Positions 26,801 through 39,541 of a DNA stretch of 64,000 nt are shown here, piece after piece. The position numbers were made by a program, and so were the translations under genes. The notes under the pieces were generated by a model. The model searched no databases. It was not told where the DNA came from and saw only the letters and a program-made list of their open reading frames with translations. Each line of letters opens with the position of its first letter. The first letter of the stretch is position 1. This stretch comes from Kudoa neothunni (lineage: Eukaryota > Animalia > Cnidaria), in the NCBI GenBank assembly GCA_964304625.1, contig OZ199838.1, positions 5,043,489 to 5,107,488 of the forward strand. The letters are read 5' to 3'.

Positions 26801-28176
26801 TTGCCCCAGATGTGCAATTTTATGGCTGATGGCTGCCAAATCAAAATGGCTTTCCGGCGATGTACCAGCTGCTAGAAATATCCTTTCTCAAGCTTTCCAA
26901 GCCAATCCTAATAATGAAGAGATTTGGTGGCTGCTATTAAACTTGAGTCTGAAAATAATGAAGATGAGAGAGCTAGGTAACAAATTCGGTTACCAATCTT
27001 CCACGACCGTTTTCATTGACATTTTTTTATTAGACGTCTCTTAAAGAAAGCTAGAACCAACGCTCCCACACCAAGAGTAAGCAAAAATATGGCTTGGTAT
27101 CGGTATTTTAATGTATCATTCAATATATTTAGGTATACATGAAGAGTGTTCGATTAGAGTGGGTTGAATCAGTACGACGAAGCTATTTGTATACTTAATG
27201 AATCACTTGAAAAATACCCTAAATTCCCTAAGGTACCACATTTTAATTTACTTCCCATATGCTATTGAAGTACATCCACGAACATTTAGTTGTATATGAT
27301 GAAGGCTCAAATTATGATGGAGAAACAAGACTACTCTCAAGCAATGGATACTTTTAGATTAGGTTTGAAAAACTGCCCCGAATCGGTCGTATTATGGTGT
27401 TTGTTTGCATCGTTGGTGGCCGAAAAGGACGCCCTAATCAAAGCCAGATCCATAATGGAGCAGGCTCGACAAAATAACCCTAAAAACGCTTATTTATGGC
27501 TCCAATCTGTCCGCTTGGAAATCAAATACAGTCACAATGATTTTGCCAACAATCTTCTTACAATGGGTATGTTTTTTATGAAATTGGTACTTATTTTCAA
27601 CTAACGCTTGTAGCCCTTACAAGAATGCCCTAAGGATGGAAAATTGTGGTATGAAGCTATTTTTATGGAAAAGAAGATGGGTAGGAAGGCCAAAAAGTTT
27701 GGATGCACTTCGAAATTGTGATCATGATCCATATGTAATTTTGGCCGTGGCATTGTAAGGTTTTCTTGAATTTACAAAATAAACTGATTTTTCCTGTGGC
27801 AGACTGTTTTGGGGTGAACGAAAAATATCCAAAGCTAGAGAATGGTTCAAACGGTAAGCTGTTTCGAGCAAAAATTCTCTAATCATCTAATTTTGTTAGG
27901 GCTGTAAAAATTGATCCGGATATTGGTGATATATGGGGCTATTACTACAAGTTTGAATTTCAGTATGGCACCAAGGTTATTTTATTCTTTTTTTGTGCGT
28001 TTTATTTATTACCCTAGGAATCCCAAGACTTAATAATTGAACAATGTTTGCATGCAGAACCTAGACATGGTGATGTTTGGTGCAGTTTTTCTAAGAATCC
28101 AATTCATTGGAAAACTCCAACAAAAGATATTCTACTGATAGTGGCGGATTACTTTCCTCCTGTTGAGAATCTATGA
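20840..28176 (+). CDS. PRPF6: Pre-mRNA splicing factor Prp6 (HAT/TPR repeats; multi-exon)
   Basis: MNRKKLFLG...[19 protein letters not shown]; [15 protein letters not shown]; [18 protein letters not shown]; WIAAARLEE; [19 protein letters not shown]; AEPRHGDVW. Contains a 3.6-kb intron (22041-25664) and a few apparent 1-nt indels. Confidence 0.96.
22280..24344. mobile_element. Outer piggyBac-like non-autonomous element in the PRPF6 intron
   Basis: Inverted termini CCT...AAGGATTTTGGGG with GGGG-N9-CCCC palindromes at 22295, ~22472 and 24314. Target-site duplication is degraded. Confidence 0.5.
22800..24167 (-). mobile_element. Internally deleted piggyBac relic
   Basis: TTAA-CCCTCTAAC left end and GTTAGAGG right end; matching GGGGT..ACCCCACTTTTTTATT repeats. 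ORF 23307-23504 [15 protein letters not shown]...[18 protein letters not shown] fits the piggyBac YNxTKGGVDxxD/RRW motif. Confidence 0.85.
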
Positions 28177-29220
28177 CAAGTCTTATCTATCGTGTGGTCT
28201 ATTTACATGTAAACTATTCGTGACCTATTATTGAAATGGGTGAGTTACCTTACATTTTAGTGATTACTTTTTCGATGTATTTTTCTCGATATAATTGTAT
28301 TAATGTTAAGTAAATAGTATGTTATTCCATCATTAGGGAAAAGTACCATTCAGCGAAAACATTGACCGTTATTAATGCTATGTATAATTGTGAAACATAA
28401 AAAAATATAAGTCAAAAACTAATCTAATATTCAATTAACGTTTTTGAGATGCCTTCAAATTAACAAAAGGTCGTAATATCGATGATAATTACACGTTTTT
28501 CGTTTTAATTTTATCAACTCTTTTTGTTTCTTTGATTATTAGATGAACAAAATACTGCTTATACAAAAATTTATAGCTTGTTCTATAAGACTCGCCGAAT
28601 CTTTAAATTTTTTGATGAGTCAGTCTAGGGTGTGCTTGATCAAAACGGGCTTATAAATGATTAATGGCATTTAAAATTTTCGATAGTATTAGATGTTGGA
28701 TCAGTCCTATGCATTATTCTTTAATACGCTTTCTATGATAGATTTTATTTGAAACTTCGAATAAAGTTTTTTTAATAATTTTTAAATGAAATTATTTTAT
28801 TTCTCTCAAAATACATAGATTTTCCACAATTTTTTAGAATTATTTCTTATTTTATTGAATAGGCCAGAGAAAAATGATGTACAAAGTTGATGTTTAGTTA
28901 AAAATACAAATCATTGCGATGTCGTTTCTTTTAACCTAATTTTTAAACTTTTCTGTATATAAACTTGTTCAAATGAAATAGACGATAAAATATATTTGAG
29001 TTTCGTGCTAATTTTTTAACAGCATTTAGAGCATATCGCTCAAAATCTATTACTATATTTTTTAAACTGAGCATTCGGTTTCCTTTCTAAAGGTGGATAT
29101 AACTTGTTAATAACGTTCCTGCGATTTATTATTCTATAAGGCAAGCGAAAGAGAGAATATTGCTAAATGTTTTTCATCACGGATTATATGTTTGATTAAA
29201 TTCTTTACAGGCCACGTTAA

Positions 29221-30093
29221 CCCTCCCGGGACGGTGGCGGGGTCTCTTGGGACCCCATTTCAGGCTATTCTGAAAGTATTTCTATAAATGAAAGAGTAAC
29301 GATGTTTAAGATCCCAGCCAATCGTTAAGTGTAAGGTTTCTAATTAAATTATAGTATTAGTTAAAAATTTTAATACTCAAAGTTTTGGGGAAATTCGTTT
29401 TTTTGTAGGGTGCAAAATAACAATTGTTTAGAATCTCTCCAAGTGAGTGAATTTTAAAGAATATTTGTGAATATAAATAAATATATTTAATATAATATTA
29501 ATATGTTATATATGAAGTATATTTCCAAATTTTTGGTGGGTTTTAAATTTCTCCGAGTGTTCACGAGACCAAAGAGGATCAGTGTTAATATCAAATAGTT
29601 TCGCTCGGTATTAACACAGGAAGTATTTATTTTATGGTAATTTATTACTCAAATTTAAACAATGACGATGACAGCAGTTCACAATAGGAGCTGAATACGT
29701 TTTTGGGATTACCGAAACTTTTCGGACATACGGACTAGGAGAGGCTGATGCTTGATGCTTGTATAAACTCATCTATAAATAGTTTAAAGATTTTTTCATC
29801 CCATTTCATAACTTGATGTTTAATGGAAACACGATTTCTCTATTTATACCTAGAAGAACATTCATTGAATGGCAGGTATTAGCAGTATATTTTCAACGGA
29901 TTTTTTGGATTTTTCTCGAAAAATCCGAATTTAAATCGAATTTTAAGTGGTTCAACAAGATATTTGTAAAATTTTATTTGCCATAATTTTCGTTACATTT
30001 TACAATCAATTGGTTATAATCGAGAATTTATGGGGTTCTCCGGGAGCCCACACCGGAACGCGTGTGATTTTTCTGCGCACCGTCCTGGGAGGA
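29221..30093. mobile_element. piggyBac-type non-autonomous element
   Basis: TTAA on both flanks. TIR CCCTCCCGGGACGGTG / CACCGTCCTGGGAGGA; subterminal GGGG..CCCC palindromes. Confidence 0.85.
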
Positions 30094-33000
30094 TTAAATA
30101 TTTAACAACTATCTACGTTTCACAATTGTTCAGAATAACAATATTTTTAATTTCAATAAATATTATGATTCTAATAGTTGGCTGAAATCCAGAATCATAC
30201 AAACGGAACTGCTTTCCTTTATGTGCAACAATATTTTGTTGACATAAATCAATTTCCAGATTTACAATAATATTCTTCTTTTTCAAATTTCCATTGTTTC
30301 AAGAATGTTTATTTTTGAGAATTGTTGATATCTTACATATTTTCTTATTTCAAATGGTTTTATTGAATAAATTTGGAGGATGGATTATGGTTAGTTTCGG
30401 TCATTAATTTTACAAACACGTTAAAAATTTTTCTCTTGATTTATTTTTCACAAACTATCATATGGTTATGATTTCGTAGTTTCTCAATTTTTTCAGTGTC
30501 ACGAATAGGGCTTGTAGATAATCCACCCTACATTTCCTAATATCACATTTCCGATATCATACAGTATTCTTGATTTCTTTAACGTAAAAAATAATTCATG
30601 ACAACTTTTATTGTCATGTGTTTATTATGAAACCTATTTGATGTTAAGAAAATCTTTTTTCGCCATAATTTTGTTCTAAGTTTATTTTAATGAGCATGTG
30701 GCGGTGAGATTTAGTATTAGAAAAACATACGTAGATTAGGGTTTTGTGGTTTTCTGACGAATTAAGATTATCTTAGATAGATAATAATATCGCGAGGCAT
30801 ATTCTCAAAGTTAATTTAGATGTATCATTAAAAGGCACATTCTCTGAGTGTTTTTTACTTCGAAATTTTAATATTTTTTAACAACAATGCTTTTTATGAA
30901 AAATGTATAAATCAAAAATCATTCATATTTCTACACAAAAATCGTATATGTTTTAAGCGTAAGTCTATTTATTTCGGGTTAAAATTTTAATGGCTGCTTT
31001 CACTGATAAACAAGTCTATTCGAGGAGCAAATAATTTCCATCTTCATGAAATGATCTTATAGCTGGACACTCTCTCCAAAATTAGATATAATTTAATAAA
31101 ACATAGCTAATTATCATTTAAATAATCCATTTTTGTCGAATACAGTTAAATATAATAGTAAACGTAAGCATTCTATCTTAACTAAAAATTACTACATGTT
31201 ACGGTTTCTTTTCGTTAGAAAGCATGATTAAGTTTATTATTGGATTTTTAATTTATAGCCCAAAGATTATTTATGACGAAATATTTATTACTCCTAAATA
31301 CGCTAAAATAATAATTACATAAATATTATATTGTAACCATATGATATATATGATTCAGATCAAATAAACTTTTTGTCTGACGACAAATTTACAGAGAAAA
31401 ATTCATGAAATGAATATTTTTTAAAAAATTGGCCATGATAAGCTTAATTGGTTGACTAATTTTTAAACATGGAATGGCAGGAGCATCGGAAATATTTTCA
31501 TTAGACGTTGTTTCAAACCACGTTAAATTAAAAATTACTCGATTTATTTGATAAAATTAGAGTGAGAACCTTGAAAATATAAATTTGAGATTGATCGATT
31601 TACAATTACTTAATTTTTATTTCAAAAATATAAATATTACGTATATCGACGTAACAAATAACATGAAGTCTATATCTTACCGATTTATAAGTATAAGTTC
31701 TGAAAATCTAATAAAAATGTAAATTTTAATATAAATAATTTAAGATAACCATATATTATCACATATTGAAGTTTTTGGGACAAATATGAAGATTTAGCAA
31801 GCCGGTATTGATAATGAATTTAACTCTGACAATTTAATAAACATGCTGATTTTAATCCCGAAATTTGTTAACTCTAATCTATTCTTTTTTCAAATTCTTG
31901 AATATGACTTACCAAAATCAAAATTTTACTGATAAAATTTCCAAGTCTTTTAAGTATCACTAGAAGATTTTATAGTAAAAATATTACATTAAAACACAAT
32001 CCTATGTAATATAAATTCTACTTATCTCGATAGTTCATATCGCCCTATATTTTTAATGGTTTCAATTATCCAATCTACTAAAATAATAATTCATTATCAA
32101 GATATTATCTCATAAATATAAATTTCTTTAAATAAATAAATGAAATTTTATATTCTTATTTCCATAACGGATGTTATTCGAGATGGTGCGCACGCCTAAA
32201 AATATAAAAACACCCTAAAACCCATTAAAAATTAATTTAAAACAATAAAGGATATTTTCTGTTTAATTATATAAATATTTTTAATCGTTTAACATTAATA
32301 TAACCCCTTCGAAGAATGGAATTAATTATATATATTAATAGTCGCATTACATTATTTTATTGTGTAAACTACCTTTATTCTACTTCATTATAAGGAAATT
32401 ATTTAAACATCGTCATTTTTTATGATATGGACCCCTCTACAAACTCAAGTAGTTTAACTTCTATACATTTTTCGATTTAAATTTATTTTCTTAAATCACC
32501 ACTTTTTTCTATATATCTATTCTATTTAAATCGTTAAACCATTCCATTTAATGCCTTTACATTAGAATGTATTAACAGTCACATTTTATATTTTTCATCA
32601 TTTTAGTCATTCCGTGTATTCAAATGCTTTGCTATTGATTGCACAATGACAAATGTGTTTTTCTATATATCTATTAATATTAAATCAATAGTTTTATTTT
32701 AGCTGAAATTTAGCAAACTTTTATTATAATAGAACCGAATATATTCTATAAACCCTCAAAAGTTTTATTACTTTTGTTAACGTAATTAATTTAATTACTA
32801 CATTATGTTTATTTCTTGTCAGAATTTCAACTAAAAATATTAAATAAATGGTTTAATGCTCATTAAATTATTATCCCGCCATTTTAATGGCTGAAGTAAT
32901 TGACTAAATGTATGTATATATATATATATATATAATTTACAATTAAAAAAAATACATAAAGATTTAAAAAAAAATAATAAGATAAAATCATTTATTGTTG

Positions 33001-34256
33001 TTTTGTGGATATTATACATAATTCAAATAAAATTCTTCAAAATGATGATTAATTATTTCTTAAAACTCTCAGCACATTTATATATCACAAAAATCAATAA
33101 ACGTTATAAGATCATTCACGTTTAACAAACTCTTAAAGAATATATTTCGGTAAATAAAACACTGACGCATGCGGCCACATAGAAAAATTATCGTAGCATG
33201 ATTTCTACATAACATGCCCTAAAATATCTTCAAGTTGTTAGAAGCCTAAAATTCAGAACCATATATATTTATGCGTATCTCTATTAATTTAATAAAAGGG
33301 AATATTCATTAAGTTTTTAGCATACATTTTTATTTTTAATGGCAAATCACTATGTGGATATAAACATATCCTCGCTATATTTTATTATAATTTTGTTTAG
33401 TTAATCAATTCGTGTACATTTTTTAAAACAAATATTACAATCAATCGCGTTTAATATAATTAAAATATATTAAAGAGAATACATATCAAGATACTAAAAC
33501 CAAAATATAAAAAATCCCAACATTTATCACTTGATCGTACCAATGTTTAAATAAATTTAGCTTCATATTGTTGATTTGTTATGAACTAACTGATAAAACC
33601 CGAGGATACGTCCTTTGAATGGGAAAAATTCGTTATTTACTATAGATACGAATTTTTGCATTCAGCATTAAGTATAAGAAAAAGTTATACATTTGTTGAA
33701 CATTAATTCAAACATTTTTTGTTTATAACAAAATAATAATCCCATACATATAATTCTGGTCTCGCACTGAGGACCATATAAAATCGTATTACGTGTACGA
33801 TAATACCTTTCCAATGGAATTAATACACTTCTAAATAGGTATTAAAATACAAGTATTAACAGAGTGCAAGTTCTACGTTAATACATAACTGAGGGTTAAT
33901 GTGCTCGGTATTCGTCGGAGTCAACAAATATTTCACAGTACACTAGATGTTTGTGAATTTGTACAGCTCACCTGAACAGATAATTAATTCTACTCGTAAC
34001 AAACAATTTTTTCATTTTAAAAACTAATTGGAAACTTCATTTCATGTAGAATATATTTTACCAGATTAACCAATCACTTGATGTCAATTAAATCCTTTTT
34101 ATTTGATTAAAAAAACACTCTAAGCATTATTGTCGAGTTGAAGGTATGGGTCAACGAATACTCGTAAATTAGTATTAAGAGGGTGTAACGATTAATCTAA
34201 AGATTAACATCATACGACTTGTGTTGATTGAGTGAGGTGTGACCTATTAAAAGAAA

Positions 34257-35952
34257 ATGGGTTATGAATATTTTATTTCCATCGAATAAGGACTCTAATC
34301 AATTATTATAGATGAGCCAGCTTTTGTTTACGAATACGATCTTGTTTTGGAAGGCTTCCAACTAGATAAAATCAACACTGACGCCATAGGCTCTGATGTT
34401 ACTAAAATTGTAATAACTCCTCAAAAATATTATTTTATTCTACCAGAGTTATGTTAATTTAGACCAAACTTCTAAAAGAAGCATTTGAAGAGGAGAAAAA
34501 ATTTTTGGGAGTAGCTGCCCAGAGCAAAAAGCCATCACAGGTATGCTTTCTAATGAATGCGACTAGTTTTTGAACATAATTAAAGGAAAAAATCACAGAA
34601 TTAGCCCAAAATCTTACCAAAAAAATCCAAGAAATTGCTGTAATTAGAAATATACTACATCAAATTCAGATTGTTTACTAATTCCATATAAATTCATTAG
34701 AATATTGAAGCCAAATCTAAGGAGGTTAAAGCATTGAATCACTTGAAAAGTGTCGCCAGCATATCACCTGCTCTTATGTGGATTGTTGCTGTAAGTGCAA
34801 TAGTTTTGGTGTCAACTGCCGACCACGGTTATCATTTCTATAATTCATATAGCCAAACCGACCGGCACAATACGTTAAAGATATGATTGATAGTGCTGAA
34901 TATTACACCAACAGAATTCTCAAAGACCACAAAGATGAGTATGTATCAGAGTTGTTGATTTTGGTGATATGTTTTTTGCAGAGCGGATCCACAACGTGCA
35001 TTTGCTGTGAAATTGGTCGCTCTGTTTAAAAGTCTACAAGACTACGTTAAAGATTTCCACAATATGGGTGTTACATGGAATCCCAAAGGTGGAGATGTTG
35101 GAAGTGCTTCTGCTCCTGCAAATGCACCCCCAAGTGGTCCTCCACCCGCTGCCTCCGCAACTAGTGGTGGTGAATCATCTGGAAATCCTGCTGCTGCTCT
35201 TTTCCAATCCATCAACAAGGGTGGTGCTATCACTGCTGGCCTCAGAAAAGTTGATGATTCGATGAAAACCCACAAAAATCCAGAGCTTCGAGCTTCCAAC
35301 GTTGTGAAAGATTCTGACCTACCCAAAAAGGCTGCAACCACCGAAAAGAAACCTGCCGCTGCTGCTAACAAACCTCCTGTATTTAAGTGCATGAACAAAA
35401 AATGGGTTGTTGAATACCAAAATGGTGCCTCTCTTGAAATCACCGAGGGTGGTCTAGCTTACACCGTCTATATGTACAAATGCCAAAAAGTTGCACTTCA
35501 TGTTACTCCAAAAATGAATTCTATAATTCTTGGTACTTTATATTTGTTCAAAAAACTTTTTAATGCCATATTGTTTCTATTTTCTAATAGATAGTTGCCA
35601 AAAATGTGAAGTTTTATTGGATAGTGGCATTATTTCGTCTTGTGAAATGATCCAAAGCAAAGGTTGTGCAGTCAAGGTGAATTGCTTAAATTTTCTAGTA
35701 ATTGAGCTGATTTTTCATGAGTCTAGTGTATGGACGTCGTACCTACAATCACTTTGGATGGTTGTGATAGTTGTCATGTGTTCCTTTCCGAGAAAAGTCT
35801 TGACTCTGAAATCTTGACCGCCAAGTCGTCCACTAGTAATGTCACACTTATGAAACCAGACGGTGAGGATGTGGAGCTATATGTCCCTGAACTTTTCCGT
35901 AATAAAGTTAGTGGCAACAAAAATTATCACTGAAGCCGTGGTTCACGAATGA
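34257..35952 (+). CDS. CAP: Adenylyl cyclase-associated protein (CAP/Srv2)
   Basis: Helical folded domain (NHLKSVA...ALMWI...YYTNRILKDHK...FHNMGVTWNPKG), Pro-rich linker, WH2-like ALFQSINKGGAITAGLRKVDDSMKTHKNPELR, and CARP domain KKWVVEYQ...EILTAKSS. One extra A near the 3' end. Confidence 0.94.
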
Positions 35953-38900
35953 GTCAAAAAATTTTTTCTTTAAATTTCTTTCCTACAGTTCAGCTAGTAA
36001 CATTTTACTGATTTGATGTCATCGCTATTACTCTGGTCTTGGTGTTTATTGATTATGTTTTGCTTATTACATATGCTCTAATAATTTGTACTTAATCTTG
36101 AATTCAAATAATTTTTTCAATATCCAAAATTTGTATTTTTGATAAGATTTCCTTTATGATATATTTCGCTGGAGTTAAAAGGTTTTGTTATGTTATTACT
36201 TCCCCAAAAATAAGGAAACCTGTCCTAGATTATGTTTTGAGTAGATAAACCTTATAATTCATTATGTATAGATTTAATTTTTGCATGTAGAAAAGTCTGA
36301 GCAATAATTTATATGAATAAACTAAAAATTAGGACTTATTGAATTAGACGGGGAATCTATAACTTAAAAACTAAAAATGCCAATTATTTAAATATCAGTA
36401 GGGATTCATTGTAAATTACTATGGTATAAATTATTTTTTCCAATCATAGTCGTTATTTCTATGTGAAATTGTTTCACCGGGTTTTGCAACCAGAACTGGA
36501 GAAATGTGAAACAACGCCTGATTTTAGGGTTACCAGGCCCCGATGGGCGCAATAATTATGAAGTAGCTCAAATGACATTATTAGACATATAGAATTCATA
36601 ACAATGTTAATAAATAAAATGATCGGTTTTTGTTATATTGCATTGAATGTAGCATCATCCAAAATAGCTTTCACAGCGCATACAATAATTTGGTAATCAC
36701 AAAGCACGTGTCGCCTGGAAACACCCTTTGCGCATCTTCTTTTTTCACGTTTCTTTTTTATTAAATAAATAATTATGACGTTAAAAAATTCAGTGTAGCG
36801 TATCAACTTAACCGGCAGCAGCCGGTTGATAATGAGATTATTTGTGTTTTGATAAAAGGGGTTTTTATTAGCGCAAAATACATATTACATCCAGCCTCAA
36901 GCAATAACTTCCAAATTTAAACGAAATCTCAGTTCGATCAAAATCGTTCAAACGTGTAATCTCTCTTTTGTTTAAAAAACTTGCGAATTTCCTTATCCGT
37001 CGCATATTTTAAGGCATTCGATATTTGAATAATTTCATTATCTTTTTAACATAACTTTTTGACCAGAAATTGAGTTTAAATGCTCTATATAATGATGTTA
37101 TATTTTATAAACTGAACAAATTAATTTATTCAGATCTCTATAATTTATGTGGAAATTAAACCATTATTTATCATTTGAAAAGGTGATTTTTAGTTTATAT
37201 ATGTTAGATATAGTTATATTCATTAGATGCAATTTTACGATTGAATTCGTGTGAAAATTCTAGCAGGAAAAACTAAAAAGTTGTTTAATTTCCAATTTTA
37301 GCTTTCTAATGGGTAAAACATCTGATATGTAAATTTTGAGATTTTATATTTGGTTATAAAATAAAAAAATGAAATAGAGAAGTTATCCAAAAGGAAAATA
37401 ATTGATTTTAAAGGTCTTGTAAATGAGTCAGTTTAAAATGTATTATATTTTTTAAACTCTTTTCTAGATCACTCTATTTGAGGTAAATGTAAAAAATTTA
37501 AAATGTCCGAATAATCATTTTTGTAAGTACTTTATTTAACTGAACATACGAAAATGTAATATTTAGTCAAAATTATGAAGATAGAATAATTCAAATGTCA
37601 CAAATGAATTATACATACCAAGGGTTCTCAACCGGGGATAAACTTTAAATGACAGGGGGTAAATTTTGAGGCATCAAAATTAGATAGAGTCAATTTTTAG
37701 GTAATGTGGTTTGTGACTTACTTAAGGATGTCTAAGGAACTATATTATTTCTAGTTATTAAACACAATTAAAAGTGGTCAAAATTCTCAAAATGTTTTTC
37801 GGAGTAATTATTTAACAACAATTTATAAAGATACTATCAATCCCTTTCTTTTGTATCTCGTTATCTTTTAGGAATGTAGCCAAATAATAATTCTTAAAAT
37901 AGCTACTTGCATAGTAAACAATATTCCGACGCTACTAATGTTGACTATTTGTAAATTATTTCTGATTTCTAAGAGCGAAGGACTAAGTTAGATATAATTT
38001 AATTTAAACCAAGTCTAAAAAATCAAATCTGTAGACAACTTGTGAATAAGAGTTGCTGGGATTAAAAATTGTCATTACATAGGTGGGCATGCCTTTTTGG
38101 ATTAGAATATAACATGCAAATAGCCTCTGCATTAGTTAAACCAGTCTATAACCTTAAAGTAAACATGGATTTGGCTTTCAAGTTAGGAGTTAAATATGAA
38201 AAAACGGTTGAGAATCCCTGAATTATACGAATGTTACATTTTTCGCCACGTGGTCCATATCTGTTTTTAAACATTCCCCATATTAATGAATTTAAAAGAA
38301 TAATTCTGCTGACATCATTTCTTTTCGATGATAAATCTTGTGGATAAGATTGTTCATCTGATATATTTTCTATGATTGCACGCAAACATTCAATTATACA
38401 TTTTCGCAAATTATTGACTTTCCTAATTTTGCTTCGATTAAATTCAAAAATTATATCGTTGAAAATATCAATATATCTAAAAAATTTTAAACATCTAAGA
38501 CATGATTGTTGGAATAGTTGTTTGTCCATCTAGTTTATCATCGATTTTTTGAAGATCGAAAAAAAGAATAAAATATGAATATTTCCAAAAATCTCTTTAT
38601 ATTAATATATTTAAAAGAAAGATCTATTGCTTTTGAAAAATGTTGTTAGGTAAATTTATTTCTTGGCCCATGATGGAGTGGGATCATTTTTCAATTCAGG
38701 TATTCTTCAAGATTTGAGAACGATACCTTCTATTTATGCAAAGATATTTGGCCTTTAATCTCTCCAACAACCTTCAAGATATTTATGTAGGAACCATTCC
38801 TTCCTACCCCTTTTTGAGTGGTATTTAAAATAGTCTTATCCATTTACCAACGATATAATATGTTGAATTTTTTTTAGGGTTAAGTATTGAGACCGGACCA

Positions 38901-39541
38901 CATATAATAGAGCTTCATAAAAGACTCCGATTTTAGGAAAAATTATTTTTAAAAGAAGCAACTTGATGTGTATTATTACTTTTTAAAAAAAGTATATGAA
39001 ATAATAATCCACATTATTCCTAATACATAGACTGTTCAGTTATCGGTCTGATATGATTTCTGCTTTTTAAGGATGAAACAATCGAAATTCCTGCAATTGT
39101 CACAACGATTTGAAGCTTAGAGGAGAAAAAATTTCATCAATGTGTGAAAAAAATTTTCATACTCACTAACAGGCAAGAAAATCATCATCTCTTTTAAAAC
39201 TTAAAAACCCCATTTTAGATTTGAGAAAGCTTAGGTTGAAAGTACAGAAATCGCAGAGGGAATTTATGACCTTGAGATAAAGTTATGATTTTCGGCCAAC
39301 AGTGATAAGGCTGGATTAGCTAAAGTAAGATTTTTTATGTTTTCGTACTATTTCGCAGAAATATATATATATATATATTTTTACGAAAAATTAATCATTC
39401 TAAAATTAATATAAGTATCCGTCATGACACCATAGCGAGTACACCACAAATTTTAATCGTTTGGTAATAGCATTGTAAATTTAAAAGTATGCCACAAAAG
39501 GAACAAGATTCAATAAAAAATTATAAAATAAAAGAAAAATA

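Noticed and set aside
26350-27720. Frameshifts in PRPF6 (also CAP ~35920 and ABCG copy 2 ~63300) as programmed frameshifting or RNA editing
   Set aside because: They fall mostly in homopolymer runs of essential genes and show no shared recoding signal; consensus sequencing error is far more parsimonious.
33885-33900. Solo GAGGG-TTAA piggyBac-like end (another, CCGGG-TTAA, near 62400)
   Set aside because: No matching opposite end identified, so no element boundaries can be supported.
36801-36831. Hairpin AACCGGC-AGCA-GCCGGTT
   Set aside because: Isolated 7-bp stem with no recognisable ncRNA or element context.
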